DNA of 64,000 bases from Bacteroidota bacterium (lineage in GTDB: Bacteria; Bacteroidota; Bacteroidia; Chitinophagales; Chitinophagaceae), in the NCBI GenBank assembly GCA_014190475.1, contig BJGL01000001.1:9870-73869 (forward strand), written 5' to 3'. Both the position numbers and the translations under genes were made by a program. How positions within the stretch are numbered: the stretch's first letter is position 1; the number at the start of each line of letters is the position of its first letter. The notes beneath the pieces are model-generated. The model did not search any database, had not been told where the DNA came from, and worked only from the letters and a program-made list of their open reading frames with translations. This document shows positions 1-8,337 of this stretch, one piece after another.

Positions 1-7
1 AGCTGGT

Positions 8-403
8 ATGAAAACAATCACTACGTGGAAAGGAGATCTTGAGTTTGAATCTATGCAAGAAGACGCTGGATCAATTCTCATGGACGGGAATTTAAAAAAG
101 GGAGTAAGCCCCAAGGCGCTGCTATTGGCTGGTTTAGCGGGGTGCTCTGCTGTTGATGTGGTAGAAATTCTTCATAAAATGCGCGTTTCTTTCGGGTCCT
201 TACAAGTGCTGAGTGAAGCAGATCAGACCGATCAACATCCAAGAGTCTTTAAGGATATCACGCTCACCTTTATTTTAAAGGCAGCCGAAAGTGAACTGGA
301 TAAAATTGAAAAAGCGGTTGACCTCTCCATGGAGAAGTATTGTGGAGTAGCGGCCATGTTACGGAAAAACAGCACCATTCATACAAAAGTGCAGCTTATC
401 TAA
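8..403 (+). CDS. OsmC/Ohr-family peroxiredoxin-like protein
   Basis: 131-aa ORF. The two conserved Cys contexts (GLAGCSAVD, EKYCGVAAML) are typical of the OsmC family. Its 3' end overlaps the convergent next gene by 8 nt. Confidence 0.8.
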   Translation: MKTITTWKGDLEFESMQEDAGSILMDGNLKKGVSPKALLLAGLAGCSAVDVVEILHKMRVSFGSLQVLSEADQTDQHPRVFKDITLTFILKAAESELDKIEKAVDLSMEKYCGVAAMLRKNSTIHTKVQLI

Positions 404-1154
404 AGCGGGGTGTTGTTTGCCGAGAATACTTACGCAATTGTAGTAAGGTTACTTGTAATTCCTTGGGAAGATCTGCCTGGATGGTAATTTGTTTGTTCGA
501 AGAATCCGTAAACACTAATTCCATGGCATGCAGGGCCAGCCTGTTTAACAGCGGTCTTTCCTCTTCTTCATGCTTGCTGATCTTATAGCCGGGCTTTAAT
601 CTTGATAGGTATAAGGGTTGTCCATCTCCATACAAACTATCGCACACCAAGGGAAAGCCAATGGACTGCATATGAACACGGATTTGATGCGTACGACCTG
701 TTATAGGTTCAAACAACACCCAACTATATGGGGCAAATTGTTCCGAAACGATGTAGTTAGTTTGTGATGGCTTCCCATTGCGGTGAGTGACCATTTTCCC
801 TACTATTGCATGATGTTCTTTGATGGGGCTATTGATACTAGCCTCTAGCGGTAAAGGTTTTCCAATTACAAGTCCTCCATATCTTTTCTGCACACCGCGT
901 TGTTCAAATTGCATAGAAAAATTACGGTGTGTTTCTTCGTCTTTTGCAAAAAGGATTACACCACTGGTATCACGATCCAGTCGATGCACCGGCCATATTT
1001 TTCCATATCGCTGTTGGAGCTGTGATTTTAGAGATTCTTCTTTGCCTACTCGGTCAGGAACAGACAACAAACCCGCGGGTTTATTTAAAGCAATCCAGTG
1101 AGCTGTTTCGGCCAGGATGATTAACCCTTTTTTCATCTTACTTTTTGTTTCCAA
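396..1154 (-). CDS. RluA-family pseudouridine synthase
   Basis: Catalytic motif HRLDRDTSGVILFAK and N-terminal WIALNKPAGLL. An alternative start at 1136 (MKKGLII) would remove the 17-nt overlap with the upstream gene. Confidence 0.85.
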   Translation of the reverse strand: METKSKMKKGLIILAETAHWIALNKPAGLLSVPDRVGKEESLKSQLQQRYGKIWPVHRLDRDTSGVILFAKDEETHRNFSMQFEQRGVQKRYGGLVIGKPLPLEASINSPIKEHHAIVGKMVTHRNGKPSQTNYIVSEQFAPYSWVLFEPITGRTHQIRVHMQSIGFPLVCDSLYGDGQPLYLSRLKPGYKISKHEEEERPLLNRLALHAMELVFTDSSNKQITIQADLPKELQVTLLQLRKYSRQTTPRFR

Positions 1155-2052
1155 AATGTTTGAGCAGCCGAATTTCTTTTTCTGTTAAAAAGCGCCACTT
1201 TCCACGATCTACATTTTTCTTGGTCAGTCCTGCAAAAAGTACCCGATCTAAATTTTTTACATCATAGCCTACATGTTCAAATAATCTTCGAACAATTCGA
1301 TTGCGTCCGCTGTGGATTTCAACACCAATATGTCTTTTGTCTTTGGGATCTGAATAAGCAATTGCATCGATGGTAGCAGGTCCATCTTCCAATACTACTC
1401 CTTTTGCGAGTTGTTCAAAATGATTTTTTTCCAGGGGTTTATCCAGCGTTACCTGGTAAATTTTACGAACCTGGTGGCTGGGATGTGTTAGTTGCTGTGC
1501 AAGATCGCCGTCATTGGTCAACAGCAACACACCTGTGGTATTTCTGTCTAATCGTCCAACCGGATATATTCTTTCTTTGGTAGCTTTCCCTAACAGATCG
1601 ATTACTGTTTTTCTTTTTTGTGGGTCATCTGTTGTAGTAATAAAATCCTTTGGTTTATTCATTAATATATAAACTAAGGAACGTTGAGGTTGCACCTTTT
1701 TGCCATTCACTGTTACAACATCAGCCGGAGAAACTTTATAGCCTGGCTCATTGACAACCGTTCCATTTACTTTAACCAGTCCATTTTTGACCAGTTCGGC
1801 TGCTTCCCGTCGGGCAGCTACCCCCCCATGCGCAATGAATTTATTCAAAGGCATTTTTTCTGTGATTGGAATTGTATTGGAGGGCTTTGTGGGTGGTGCC
1901 TGGGGATTTCGTAAAGCCGCTTTTTTCTTTTCGAAATACTCTTCTCGTTCTTTCTTGGCTTTTTTCTTTTCTTGACGAAACTGTTCCTTGATGGCTGCGT
2001 TGGATTTGCGCGGAGCAAATTTGGCAAAGGGATTGCCGGTAGATTTTTTCAT
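1138..2052 (-). CDS. RsuA/RluB-family pseudouridine synthase with Lys-rich N-terminal tail and S4 domain
   Basis: Motif GRLDRNTTGVLLLTNDGDL, an S4-like segment (LNKFIAHGGVAARREAAELVKNGLVKVNG), and a basic low-complexity N-terminus. Confidence 0.8.
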   Translation of the reverse strand: MKKSTGNPFAKFAPRKSNAAIKEQFRQEKKKAKKEREEYFEKKKAALRNPQAPPTKPSNTIPITEKMPLNKFIAHGGVAARREAAELVKNGLVKVNGTVVNEPGYKVSPADVVTVNGKKVQPQRSLVYILMNKPKDFITTTDDPQKRKTVIDLLGKATKERIYPVGRLDRNTTGVLLLTNDGDLAQQLTHPSHQVRKIYQVTLDKPLEKNHFEQLAKGVVLEDGPATIDAIAYSDPKDKRHIGVEIHSGRNRIVRRLFEHVGYDVKNLDRVLFAGLTKKNVDRGKWRFLTEKEIRLLKHFGNKK

Positions 2053-2112
2053 ATTGAGGGTGCTGTTTTACAACAGGATATTGTAAAGATATACTAAATA
2101 ATACGAAGCACT

Positions 2113-2135
2113 AAAAAGCCCTCTATAACGAGGGC
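2113..2135 (-). terminator. Rho-independent terminator of the LTxxQ-protein gene
   Basis: On the minus strand: GCCCTC-gttata-GAGGGC followed by TTTTT, starting 10 nt after the stop codon at 2145. Confidence 0.7.
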
Positions 2136-2144
2136 CTTTCAGTT

Positions 2145-2840
2145 TTATAATTCACTCCATTCGGAAGCAGTGTTGCGTGATGGTGGAGGCGGTGGAGGAG
2201 GATCCTTTCTTTCCCGATTTCCTCGCGGTCTTTCTTCCATCTTGCCTGGATGTTGTTGCATGCGGTTTCTTTCTTGGTTTCCTCTTTGCCTTTGCTCCAT
2301 ATTTCCACGAAATTCTTGCATGCGGTCACGCATCATTCGTTTATATTTTTCTAACTGTTCGGCATTTAGTAGTTGACTTAAATTCTTTTTTTGCTCCTCC
2401 ATTAAGCTGCGAAGCTGTTCACGATGATTGTCCCGAAATGACTCAGCTTTCCTTTGCATCGCACGCATGGATTGCTGAAAATTTTGCTGCTGTGCTTGTA
2501 ATTTGACTACTTGCTCATCTGACAAGGAAAGGGCTTCTTTTAATCGGGCGGCTTGTCTTTTTTGCGCACTGTCTTTTCTGGCGGTCTGTTTATCCTTTAA
2601 CTCTTTGAGTTGTTTTTTTTGTTCTGGTGTTAAAACCTTTTCCAGGGCTTTCTCCTGTTCCTTTTTTAATTGCTCCCGCTGCGTATCACTTAGATTTAAC
2701 TGTTCGCTAAGATTTTGTTTTTTCTCTTCACGAATCCTGGAAAGTTGCTCACGGGGAGCCCGGCTGCGTTCTTGCACAGGTTGAGCAATAGCCAGTGCAC
2801 TGATTGCTACAAGTGCAATTGATATCAATGATTTTTTCAT
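2145..2840 (-). CDS. secreted Spy/CpxP-like LTxxQ-motif coiled-coil protein with poly-Pro tail
   Basis: Signal peptide (ALAIA|QP). Four L[ST N]xxQ motifs (LSDTQ, LTPEQ, LSDEQ, LNAEQ) in a highly charged helical sequence. C-terminal PPPPPPP. Confidence 0.6.
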   Translation of the reverse strand: MKKSLISIALVAISALAIAQPVQERSRAPREQLSRIREEKKQNLSEQLNLSDTQREQLKKEQEKALEKVLTPEQKKQLKELKDKQTARKDSAQKRQAARLKEALSLSDEQVVKLQAQQQNFQQSMRAMQRKAESFRDNHREQLRSLMEEQKKNLSQLLNAEQLEKYKRMMRDRMQEFRGNMEQRQRGNQERNRMQQHPGKMEERPRGNRERKDPPPPPPPSRNTASEWSEL

Positions 2841-2917
2841 ATAAAAATTACTTTAAGGTTGTCAAAAAGTAATACTAAGAAGGGCAAGGGGCTGCCAGGT
2901 TTAATCCAGCCTAAGAA

Positions 2918-3982
2918 CTAGCCTTTATTGGCTAACTGCCCGCAGGCGGCGTCAATGTCTTTACCCCGGCTTCTGCGTAAACGTGCATTGACTCTGTTTT
3001 TACTTAAGTAATCCATAAACTGGTCTACCTTGATGGCATCTGGTTTTTCAAAACGGGCTTTATCGATCGGGTTGTATTCGATAATGTTGACAAGATCTGC
3101 AGGTACTTGTCTGTATAGTTTTACTAATTCATCTGCATCCCGTTGACTATCATTAAAGTCTTTAAATAAAATGTATTCAAATGTGATTTCGTTTCCGGTT
3201 TCCTGATAAAAATAATTGAGCGCATCAACCAGTGACTTAATATTATTGGAGTCATTGATCGGCATGATTTGATTTCTCTTTGCATCGTTCGCGGCATGAA
3301 GGGAGAGTGCTAGTTTAAAGCGAACCCGATCGTCGGCCAGCTGCCGAATCCCTTTAGCCACGCCTGCAGTTGAAACAGTAATTCTTCGCGGACTCATGCC
3401 CAATGCATCGGGTGAGCTAATTGTGTGAATAGCGCGCAAAACCTGTTTATAGTTCAGCAATGGTTCGCCCATGCCCATGAAAACAATATTGGTTATTTTT
3501 TTATCCAGCATCCGCTCTGCCTGCTGGTTCAGTAAAACCACCTGGTCTACGATTTCGTCAAATTGCAGATTTCTTTTTCGCTCCATATAACCGGTAGCAC
3601 AAAATTTGCAGGTTAGTGAGCAACCCACTTGTGAGGAAACACAAGCAGTTATTCTTTTATCTGTGGGTATCAATACGCCTTCTATGGCATGCCCATCCCA
3701 GGTTTTAAATCTGGATTTAATAGTACCATCAGCGGAATATTGGGTAGTCTCTACTTGTAAAGCGGGAAGTGTAAATTGTTCACCTAATTGCTGGCGCAAG
3801 ACTTTGCTGAGGTTTGTCATGTCAGCAAAGCTCATGGCCTGTTTTTTCCATAGCCATTCATGAATCTGTTGGGCTCTGAATTTCTTTTCACCGGATTGTT
3901 CTACAAATTGTTCAAGCTCAGCCAAGCTTAACTCACGGATGTTGCGGGGTTGATTAATCACGTTGCAAAGATAAAGACCCAT
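2918..3982 (-). CDS. rlmN: 23S rRNA/tRNA (adenine-C2)-methyltransferase, radical SAM
   Basis: Radical-SAM CSLTCKFCATG motif, FRAQQIHEWLW N-terminal motif, C-terminal DIDAACGQL. 354 aa. Confidence 0.9.
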   Translation of the reverse strand: MGLYLCNVINQPRNIRELSLAELEQFVEQSGEKKFRAQQIHEWLWKKQAMSFADMTNLSKVLRQQLGEQFTLPALQVETTQYSADGTIKSRFKTWDGHAIEGVLIPTDKRITACVSSQVGCSLTCKFCATGYMERKRNLQFDEIVDQVVLLNQQAERMLDKKITNIVFMGMGEPLLNYKQVLRAIHTISSPDALGMSPRRITVSTAGVAKGIRQLADDRVRFKLALSLHAANDAKRNQIMPINDSNNIKSLVDALNYFYQETGNEITFEYILFKDFNDSQRDADELVKLYRQVPADLVNIIEYNPIDKARFEKPDAIKVDQFMDYLSKNRVNARLRRSRGKDIDAACGQLANKG

Positions 3983-4025
3983 GAACCGTTTTGAGGAATT
4001 AACGGATATTTGTACAAAGCATGCT

Positions 4026-5219
4026 ATGAAACCAGTCTATGTTGTTGACGCAGTTCGCACGCCAATTGGTCGGTATGGTGGAGTTTTAAGTACTGTGCGT
4101 CCCGATGATTTGTTGGCTACAGTGCTTCGTGCCTTATTGAATCGTAACGAATCAATCGACCCTACTCAGATTGGAGATGTAATTGCGGGTGCAGCTAATC
4201 AAGCTGGAGAAGATAATCGTAATGTAGCCAGAATGGCTGCGTTATTAGCAGGACTTCCTGTATCAGTTCCAGGAACAACGGTCAATCGACTCTGCGCTTC
4301 GGGATTACAAGCAATCATGGATGGAAGCCGTCAAATTGCCTGTGGTGATTCTACATTAATTATGGCTGGGGGCGCGGAGAGTATGACGCGTGCTCCTTTT
4401 GTGATGCCTAAATCAAATACTGCTTATGATCGTGCTGCTACAATTTTTGATACCACCATGGGCTGGCGATTTATCAATCCACTTTTAGCGCAACAATATC
4501 CACCGTTTACCATGGGTGAAACGGCAGAAAATGTGGCCATGCAATGGAAGATCAGTAGGGAAGAACAAGATGTATTTGCGTTGAGTTCACAAACAAAATA
4601 CGCTGCGGCCAAAGCTGCTGGGAAATGGGAAGAGGAGATGGTAGCCGTTGAATTAAGCAACAAAGGATTATTGAGTTGGGTGGTAGATGACGAACATCCT
4701 CGTCAAACTTCATTGGAAAAATTAGCTGCATTACAGCCTGCATTCAAAAAAGACGGGACAGTAACCGCTGGAAACTCTTCCGGAATCAATGATGGCGCTG
4801 CTGCTTTATTATTAGCAAGCGAGGAAAGTGTAAAGTCCTTCTCCTTACAACCCCTGGCACGAGTAGTTGCAATGGCAGTTACCGGGGTGGATCCGGCCAT
4901 TATGGGAATTGGCCCTGTTACAGCTACTAAACGAGTGCTGGAGCGTGCGGGACTGCAATTAAAAGATATTGGTCTATTTGAATTAAATGAGGCTTTTGCA
5001 TCGCAATCCCTGGCATGTATCATAGAATTAGGGTTGGATCCTACTCGTGTGAATGTAAATGGAGGTGCCATTGCAATTGGTCATCCGTTAGGTTGTAGTG
5101 GGGCAAGAATTTCTGCTACGCTGCTTTACGAAATGAAACGTCAAAACGTTAAATACGGAATAGCCACGATGTGTGTGGGTGTGGGGCAGGGTGCCGCAGT
5201 CTTATACGAACTAGCCTAG
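4026..5219 (+). CDS. acetyl-CoA C-acyltransferase (thiolase), PcaF/PaaJ-like
   Basis: VVDAVRTPIGRYGG N-terminus, active-site NRLCASGLQA, and C-terminal NGGAIAIGHPLGCSGAR / CVGVGQG. Start trimmed from 3981 to the MKPVYVVDAVRTPIG position typical of thiolases. Confidence 0.85.
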   Translation: MKPVYVVDAVRTPIGRYGGVLSTVRPDDLLATVLRALLNRNESIDPTQIGDVIAGAANQAGEDNRNVARMAALLAGLPVSVPGTTVNRLCASGLQAIMDGSRQIACGDSTLIMAGGAESMTRAPFVMPKSNTAYDRAATIFDTTMGWRFINPLLAQQYPPFTMGETAENVAMQWKISREEQDVFALSSQTKYAAAKAAGKWEEEMVAVELSNKGLLSWVVDDEHPRQTSLEKLAALQPAFKKDGTVTAGNSSGINDGAAALLLASEESVKSFSLQPLARVVAMAVTGVDPAIMGIGPVTATKRVLERAGLQLKDIGLFELNEAFASQSLACIIELGLDPTRVNVNGGAIAIGHPLGCSGARISATLLYEMKRQNVKYGIATMCVGVGQGAAVLYELA

Positions 5220-6581
5220 AAATTGATTACTTAATGCGGTCCAGCTTACAGTTTCTTGTTTTCCTGTTTGCAAATTCTTGACGGTAGCCGATTGTGCTGC
5301 AATTTCTTTGTCGCCCATAATTATTACCGTTGCAATTTTTTTTCTTTCAGCGTATTTAAACTGCTTATCAAATTTTACAGCCTCTGGATAAAGTTCACAG
5401 GATATTCCAGCCTGTCTGAGTTGTTGCATTTGAGTGAAAGCTGCTTTTGCCTCTTCCTCTCCCAAATTGAAAAACAAAACTTGTGTACTTGTTTGTGTAG
5501 TAGCCGGAAATAATTGTAGTTCTTCCAATACATCATAGATGCGATCTACACCAAAGGAAATGCCCACGCCGGGCATGTTTGGAACACCAAAAAGTCCGGT
5601 CAGGTCATCGTAACGTCCTCCGCCTCCAATGCTACCGATTTTGACTGAATCGGGTGCTTGCATTTCAAAGATCACGCCGGTATAATAATTTAATCCTCGG
5701 GCTAATGTGGGATCAATTTGGACATTAACACCTTGCTCTTTTAGAGAGTTGTATAATGTGGTCAGGTCACTAAATCCTTCTTTTGCCGCTTCCTCTTTAC
5801 CAAGTAACTGACTGAGTTCTTCCAGCAAGTCAAGTCCCTTCCCTTTGGCCTGAAGATATTTTTCAACGATGTTTACTTGGGGTTCGGCCAGTCCTCGTGA
5901 ACGAAGTTCGTCTTTGACTTTATCAAGTCCGATCTTATCAAGTTTGTCAATAGCTACGGTGATTGGAATTAACCAATTCGGGCCTCCACATTGCTGTGCC
6001 AATGCCACGAGTAGCTTTCTATGATTGACTCGAAGTGTATATTGGGGTAATCCCAACTTTGTAAAAACCTGGTGCGTGATACAACCCAGTTCAATTTCAT
6101 TTAATAAAGATTGACTTCCTACTACATCTACATCACATTGATAGAATTCGCGATAGCGTCCTTTTTGTGGCCGGTCTGCACGCCAGACGGGTTGAATTTG
6201 GTATCGTTTGAAAGGAATAGGCAGTTGTTGATGCCAGGTGGCTACGTAACGTGCAAAAGGTATAGTAAGATCATACCGCAAGGCACGCTCCGTAATTTGT
6301 TTACTTGATTTTCCCTGTAATACTTTTTCCCATTCTTCCCGAATCCCTTTTTCTTTTTCAGGATTATCCAACCCGTTATTTAAAATTTTGAAAATTAGTT
6401 TGTCGCCTTCCTCGCCATATTTTCCCAGCAACGTGTCCAGATTTTCCATGGCCGGGGTTTCAAGTGGTTCAAAACCATAACACTCAAAAACCTGGCGGAT
6501 CGTATCCAGAATAAAACGTCTTTTACGCACGATGTCCGCACTAAAATCTCTGGTTCCGGAGGGAAGGCTGGGCTTTGACAT
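5211..6581 (-). CDS. hisS: histidine--tRNA ligase
   Basis: 456 aa. Class II aaRS motifs (GTRDF, FRYERPQ-like WRADRPQKGRYREFYQCD, GGGRYD) and a C-terminal anticodon-binding domain. Confidence 0.95.
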   Translation of the reverse strand: MSKPSLPSGTRDFSADIVRKRRFILDTIRQVFECYGFEPLETPAMENLDTLLGKYGEEGDKLIFKILNNGLDNPEKEKGIREEWEKVLQGKSSKQITERALRYDLTIPFARYVATWHQQLPIPFKRYQIQPVWRADRPQKGRYREFYQCDVDVVGSQSLLNEIELGCITHQVFTKLGLPQYTLRVNHRKLLVALAQQCGGPNWLIPITVAIDKLDKIGLDKVKDELRSRGLAEPQVNIVEKYLQAKGKGLDLLEELSQLLGKEEAAKEGFSDLTTLYNSLKEQGVNVQIDPTLARGLNYYTGVIFEMQAPDSVKIGSIGGGGRYDDLTGLFGVPNMPGVGISFGVDRIYDVLEELQLFPATTQTSTQVLFFNLGEEEAKAAFTQMQQLRQAGISCELYPEAVKFDKQFKYAERKKIATVIIMGDKEIAAQSATVKNLQTGKQETVSWTALSNQFLG

Positions 6582-6582
6582 T

Positions 6583-7056
6583 TTATTTTGCGGCGTTATG
6601 GTTTTGGTACTTTAAAATTAACTGATCCAAGACTTCATCCAGCAATTCATAAACTTCATAAAAGTCTGGTTCACCTCCGTAGTAAGGATCAGGAACATCC
6701 AGATTTTTTCCAGGGTATTGTTCGTTCATCAGCAAATCTACTTTTGAACTGTCAAATTTATTGCCTGTAATTCTACGTATATCGTTCAACACATCTCCGG
6801 CCAGTGCATATATCTTGTCGAATTGATTTAAATCCTCGCTTGTAAATCTTCGCGCTCGCTGGTTTGTGATATCAATTCCATTGGCCAACGCTACTTTTTG
6901 AGAGAGTGGGTGGGGTGGATCGCCCGTGTGGTAATGGTTGGTGCCGGCGCTATCAACAACCCAATTGAGTCCAGCTTTTTTTACCTTTTCCTGCAGTATA
7001 CCTTCTGCCAGGGGACTCCGGCAGATATTACCCAGGCAAACCATTAGAATTCTCAT
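6583..7056 (-). CDS. low-molecular-weight protein-tyrosine phosphatase
   Basis: P-loop MVCLGNICRSP near the N-terminus and a DP(YY) acid-loop motif (DVPDPYYG). Start trimmed to MRILMVC because a TATATTTG promoter box lies inside the longer ORF. Confidence 0.85.
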   Translation of the reverse strand: MRILMVCLGNICRSPLAEGILQEKVKKAGLNWVVDSAGTNHYHTGDPPHPLSQKVALANGIDITNQRARRFTSEDLNQFDKIYALAGDVLNDIRRITGNKFDSSKVDLLMNEQYPGKNLDVPDPYYGGEPDFYEVYELLDEVLDQLILKYQNHNAAK

Positions 7057-7061
7057 TGATG

Positions 7062-7069
7062 CAAATATA
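7062..7069 (-). promoter_or_regulatory. Bacteroidetes-type -7 promoter box (TATATTTG) for the ptp-hisS unit
   Basis: Perfect TAnnTTTG on the minus strand, 5 nt upstream of the ATG at 7056. Confidence 0.4.
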
Positions 7070-7129
7070 GTTAGCTCTCTTAACGAATCGGTCATTCAAC
7101 CACAGCCAAAATTTGTCTAATTTGCCACC

Positions 7130-7393
7130 ATGCGTATCGATTTTCAAAAAGAGCGAGAGAAGCAACAAAAGCGCTTACTGATGCTCCGTGACATGGGTAT
7201 GGGTGTTGTAATTCTGGGTGCTGGTTTATTCTTCTTGGTTCGTTCCTGGTTTGTGTTGGAATTTAACCAACGTTATCCCCCTGACCAGCTGGACAAGTTA
7301 TTTGGAATTGTTTGTTTACTCTACGGTGGGTGGCGCGTATACCGGGGTTATTTGCACACCCGTTCGTCTTCAATTTCTTCTCATGAGCAATAG
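7130..7393 (+). CDS. small two-TM membrane protein (hypothetical)
   Basis: 87-aa ORF with a charged N-terminus and two hydrophobic helices (GVVILGAGLFFLV, LFGIVCLLYGGW). Overlaps the next gene's start by 11 nt. No recognisable family. Confidence 0.4.
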   Translation: MRIDFQKEREKQQKRLLMLRDMGMGVVILGAGLFFLVRSWFVLEFNQRYPPDQLDKLFGIVCLLYGGWRVYRGYLHTRSSSISSHEQ

Positions 7394-8300
7394 AAATATT
7401 CTTTGGTTATTTCTCCTTCAAGTTGTTTTCAATGGGTGTACTTCCTATGAAGAGCAACGAAATCAATTGCCTGATACTCCCGATCGGGGACAAATCAGCA
7501 TTTCGGTAGATGAAACTTTCAAACCTGTTATGGACGAACTGGTACAGGTTTATCAGTCCAATCATCCGCAAACAAAAATTGAAGTTGATTATAAGACGGA
7601 GGCGGATTGTTTACGAGATGCATTAAGCGACAGCGTACGATTACTATTTGTAACCCGTCGATTATCTCTTGAGGAAAAGGCGCTCTTGGCGGACTCGCTT
7701 CGACTTAACGCACGCAGTTTGGTGGTAGCGCGTGATGCCATTGCTGTAATTGTTCATCCTAATTCTCCGGATACTATTTTTTCCATGCAGGAGATCAAAG
7801 AGATTCTCACAGGGAAGTACAAGAAAAAGTTAATTCCTGTATTTGATGGGATCAAAGCAACCAGTACAGTTCGATTTATTGTAGATTCAGTATTGAAAGG
7901 AGACTCACTTACACCTGCTGCCATGGCCGCTCGCAGTAGTGAAGGAGTGGTAGATTTTGTGGCAAGGAATCAGGGTGTGGTTGGATTTGTGGGTGTAGGA
8001 TGGGTGGGTAATCCGGAAGATTCTTTACAAATGAGTTTTCTTAAAAAAGTAAAAGTGGCGCATTTGGAAAGCACAGATAAAAAAGGAGCGTATGTGAAGG
8101 CTTACCAAGCAAATATTTATGCAAAGCGTTATCCTATGGTGAGGGATCTGGTGTACGTGCTTAAAGAGAGACACCGGGGTTTGGCAACGGGCTTTGCCCA
8201 TTTTGTGAGTGGGGAATTGGGACAGCTTATTTTCAGAAGAGCGTATCTGGCACCCGCTCAGAAGAGGTTAGGGATACGCCCCGTTAAACTCAACGAGTAA
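7383..8300 (+). CDS. PstS-family (phosphate-binding-protein-like) periplasmic substrate-binding lipoprotein
   Basis: Lipoprotein-type signal (LLQVVFNGC) and a PBP-like sequence (ISISVDETFKPVMDELVQVY, GVVGFVGVGWV). Start trimmed to MSNRNILW at 7383. There is no pstCAB nearby. Confidence 0.65.
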   Translation: MSNRNILWLFLLQVVFNGCTSYEEQRNQLPDTPDRGQISISVDETFKPVMDELVQVYQSNHPQTKIEVDYKTEADCLRDALSDSVRLLFVTRRLSLEEKALLADSLRLNARSLVVARDAIAVIVHPNSPDTIFSMQEIKEILTGKYKKKLIPVFDGIKATSTVRFIVDSVLKGDSLTPAAMAARSSEGVVDFVARNQGVVGFVGVGWVGNPEDSLQMSFLKKVKVAHLESTDKKGAYVKAYQANIYAKRYPMVRDLVYVLKERHRGLATGFAHFVSGELGQLIFRRAYLAPAQKRLGIRPVKLNE

Positions 8301-8337
8301 TTCCGTTATATTTACACCCCTTTTAATGTGAAAGATT

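Noticed and set aside
340-588. 82-aa ORF spanning the OsmC/RluA junction, and small ORFs at 820-1120 antisense to the RluA-family gene.
   Set aside because: They have no motifs, overlap confidently assigned genes, and are rich in Cys/Ser/Leu, as is typical of out-of-frame translation.
3980-3983. The maximal ORFs of rlmN (minus) and the thiolase (plus) have divergent start codons overlapping in a CATG palindrome. That would leave no intergenic promoter region.
   Set aside because: Thiolase homologues begin at the MK-x-VY-VVDAVRTPIG position. This corresponds to the ATG at 4026 and restores a 43-bp (or larger) divergent intergenic region. The overlap is an artefact of maximal ORF extension.
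7218-7382. 55-codon N-terminal extension of the PstS-like ORF, overlapping the small membrane-protein ORF in another frame.
   Set aside because: The extension has no signal-peptide character. The internal ATG at 7383 yields a canonical lipoprotein signal ending in Cys, so the shorter gene model is preferred.
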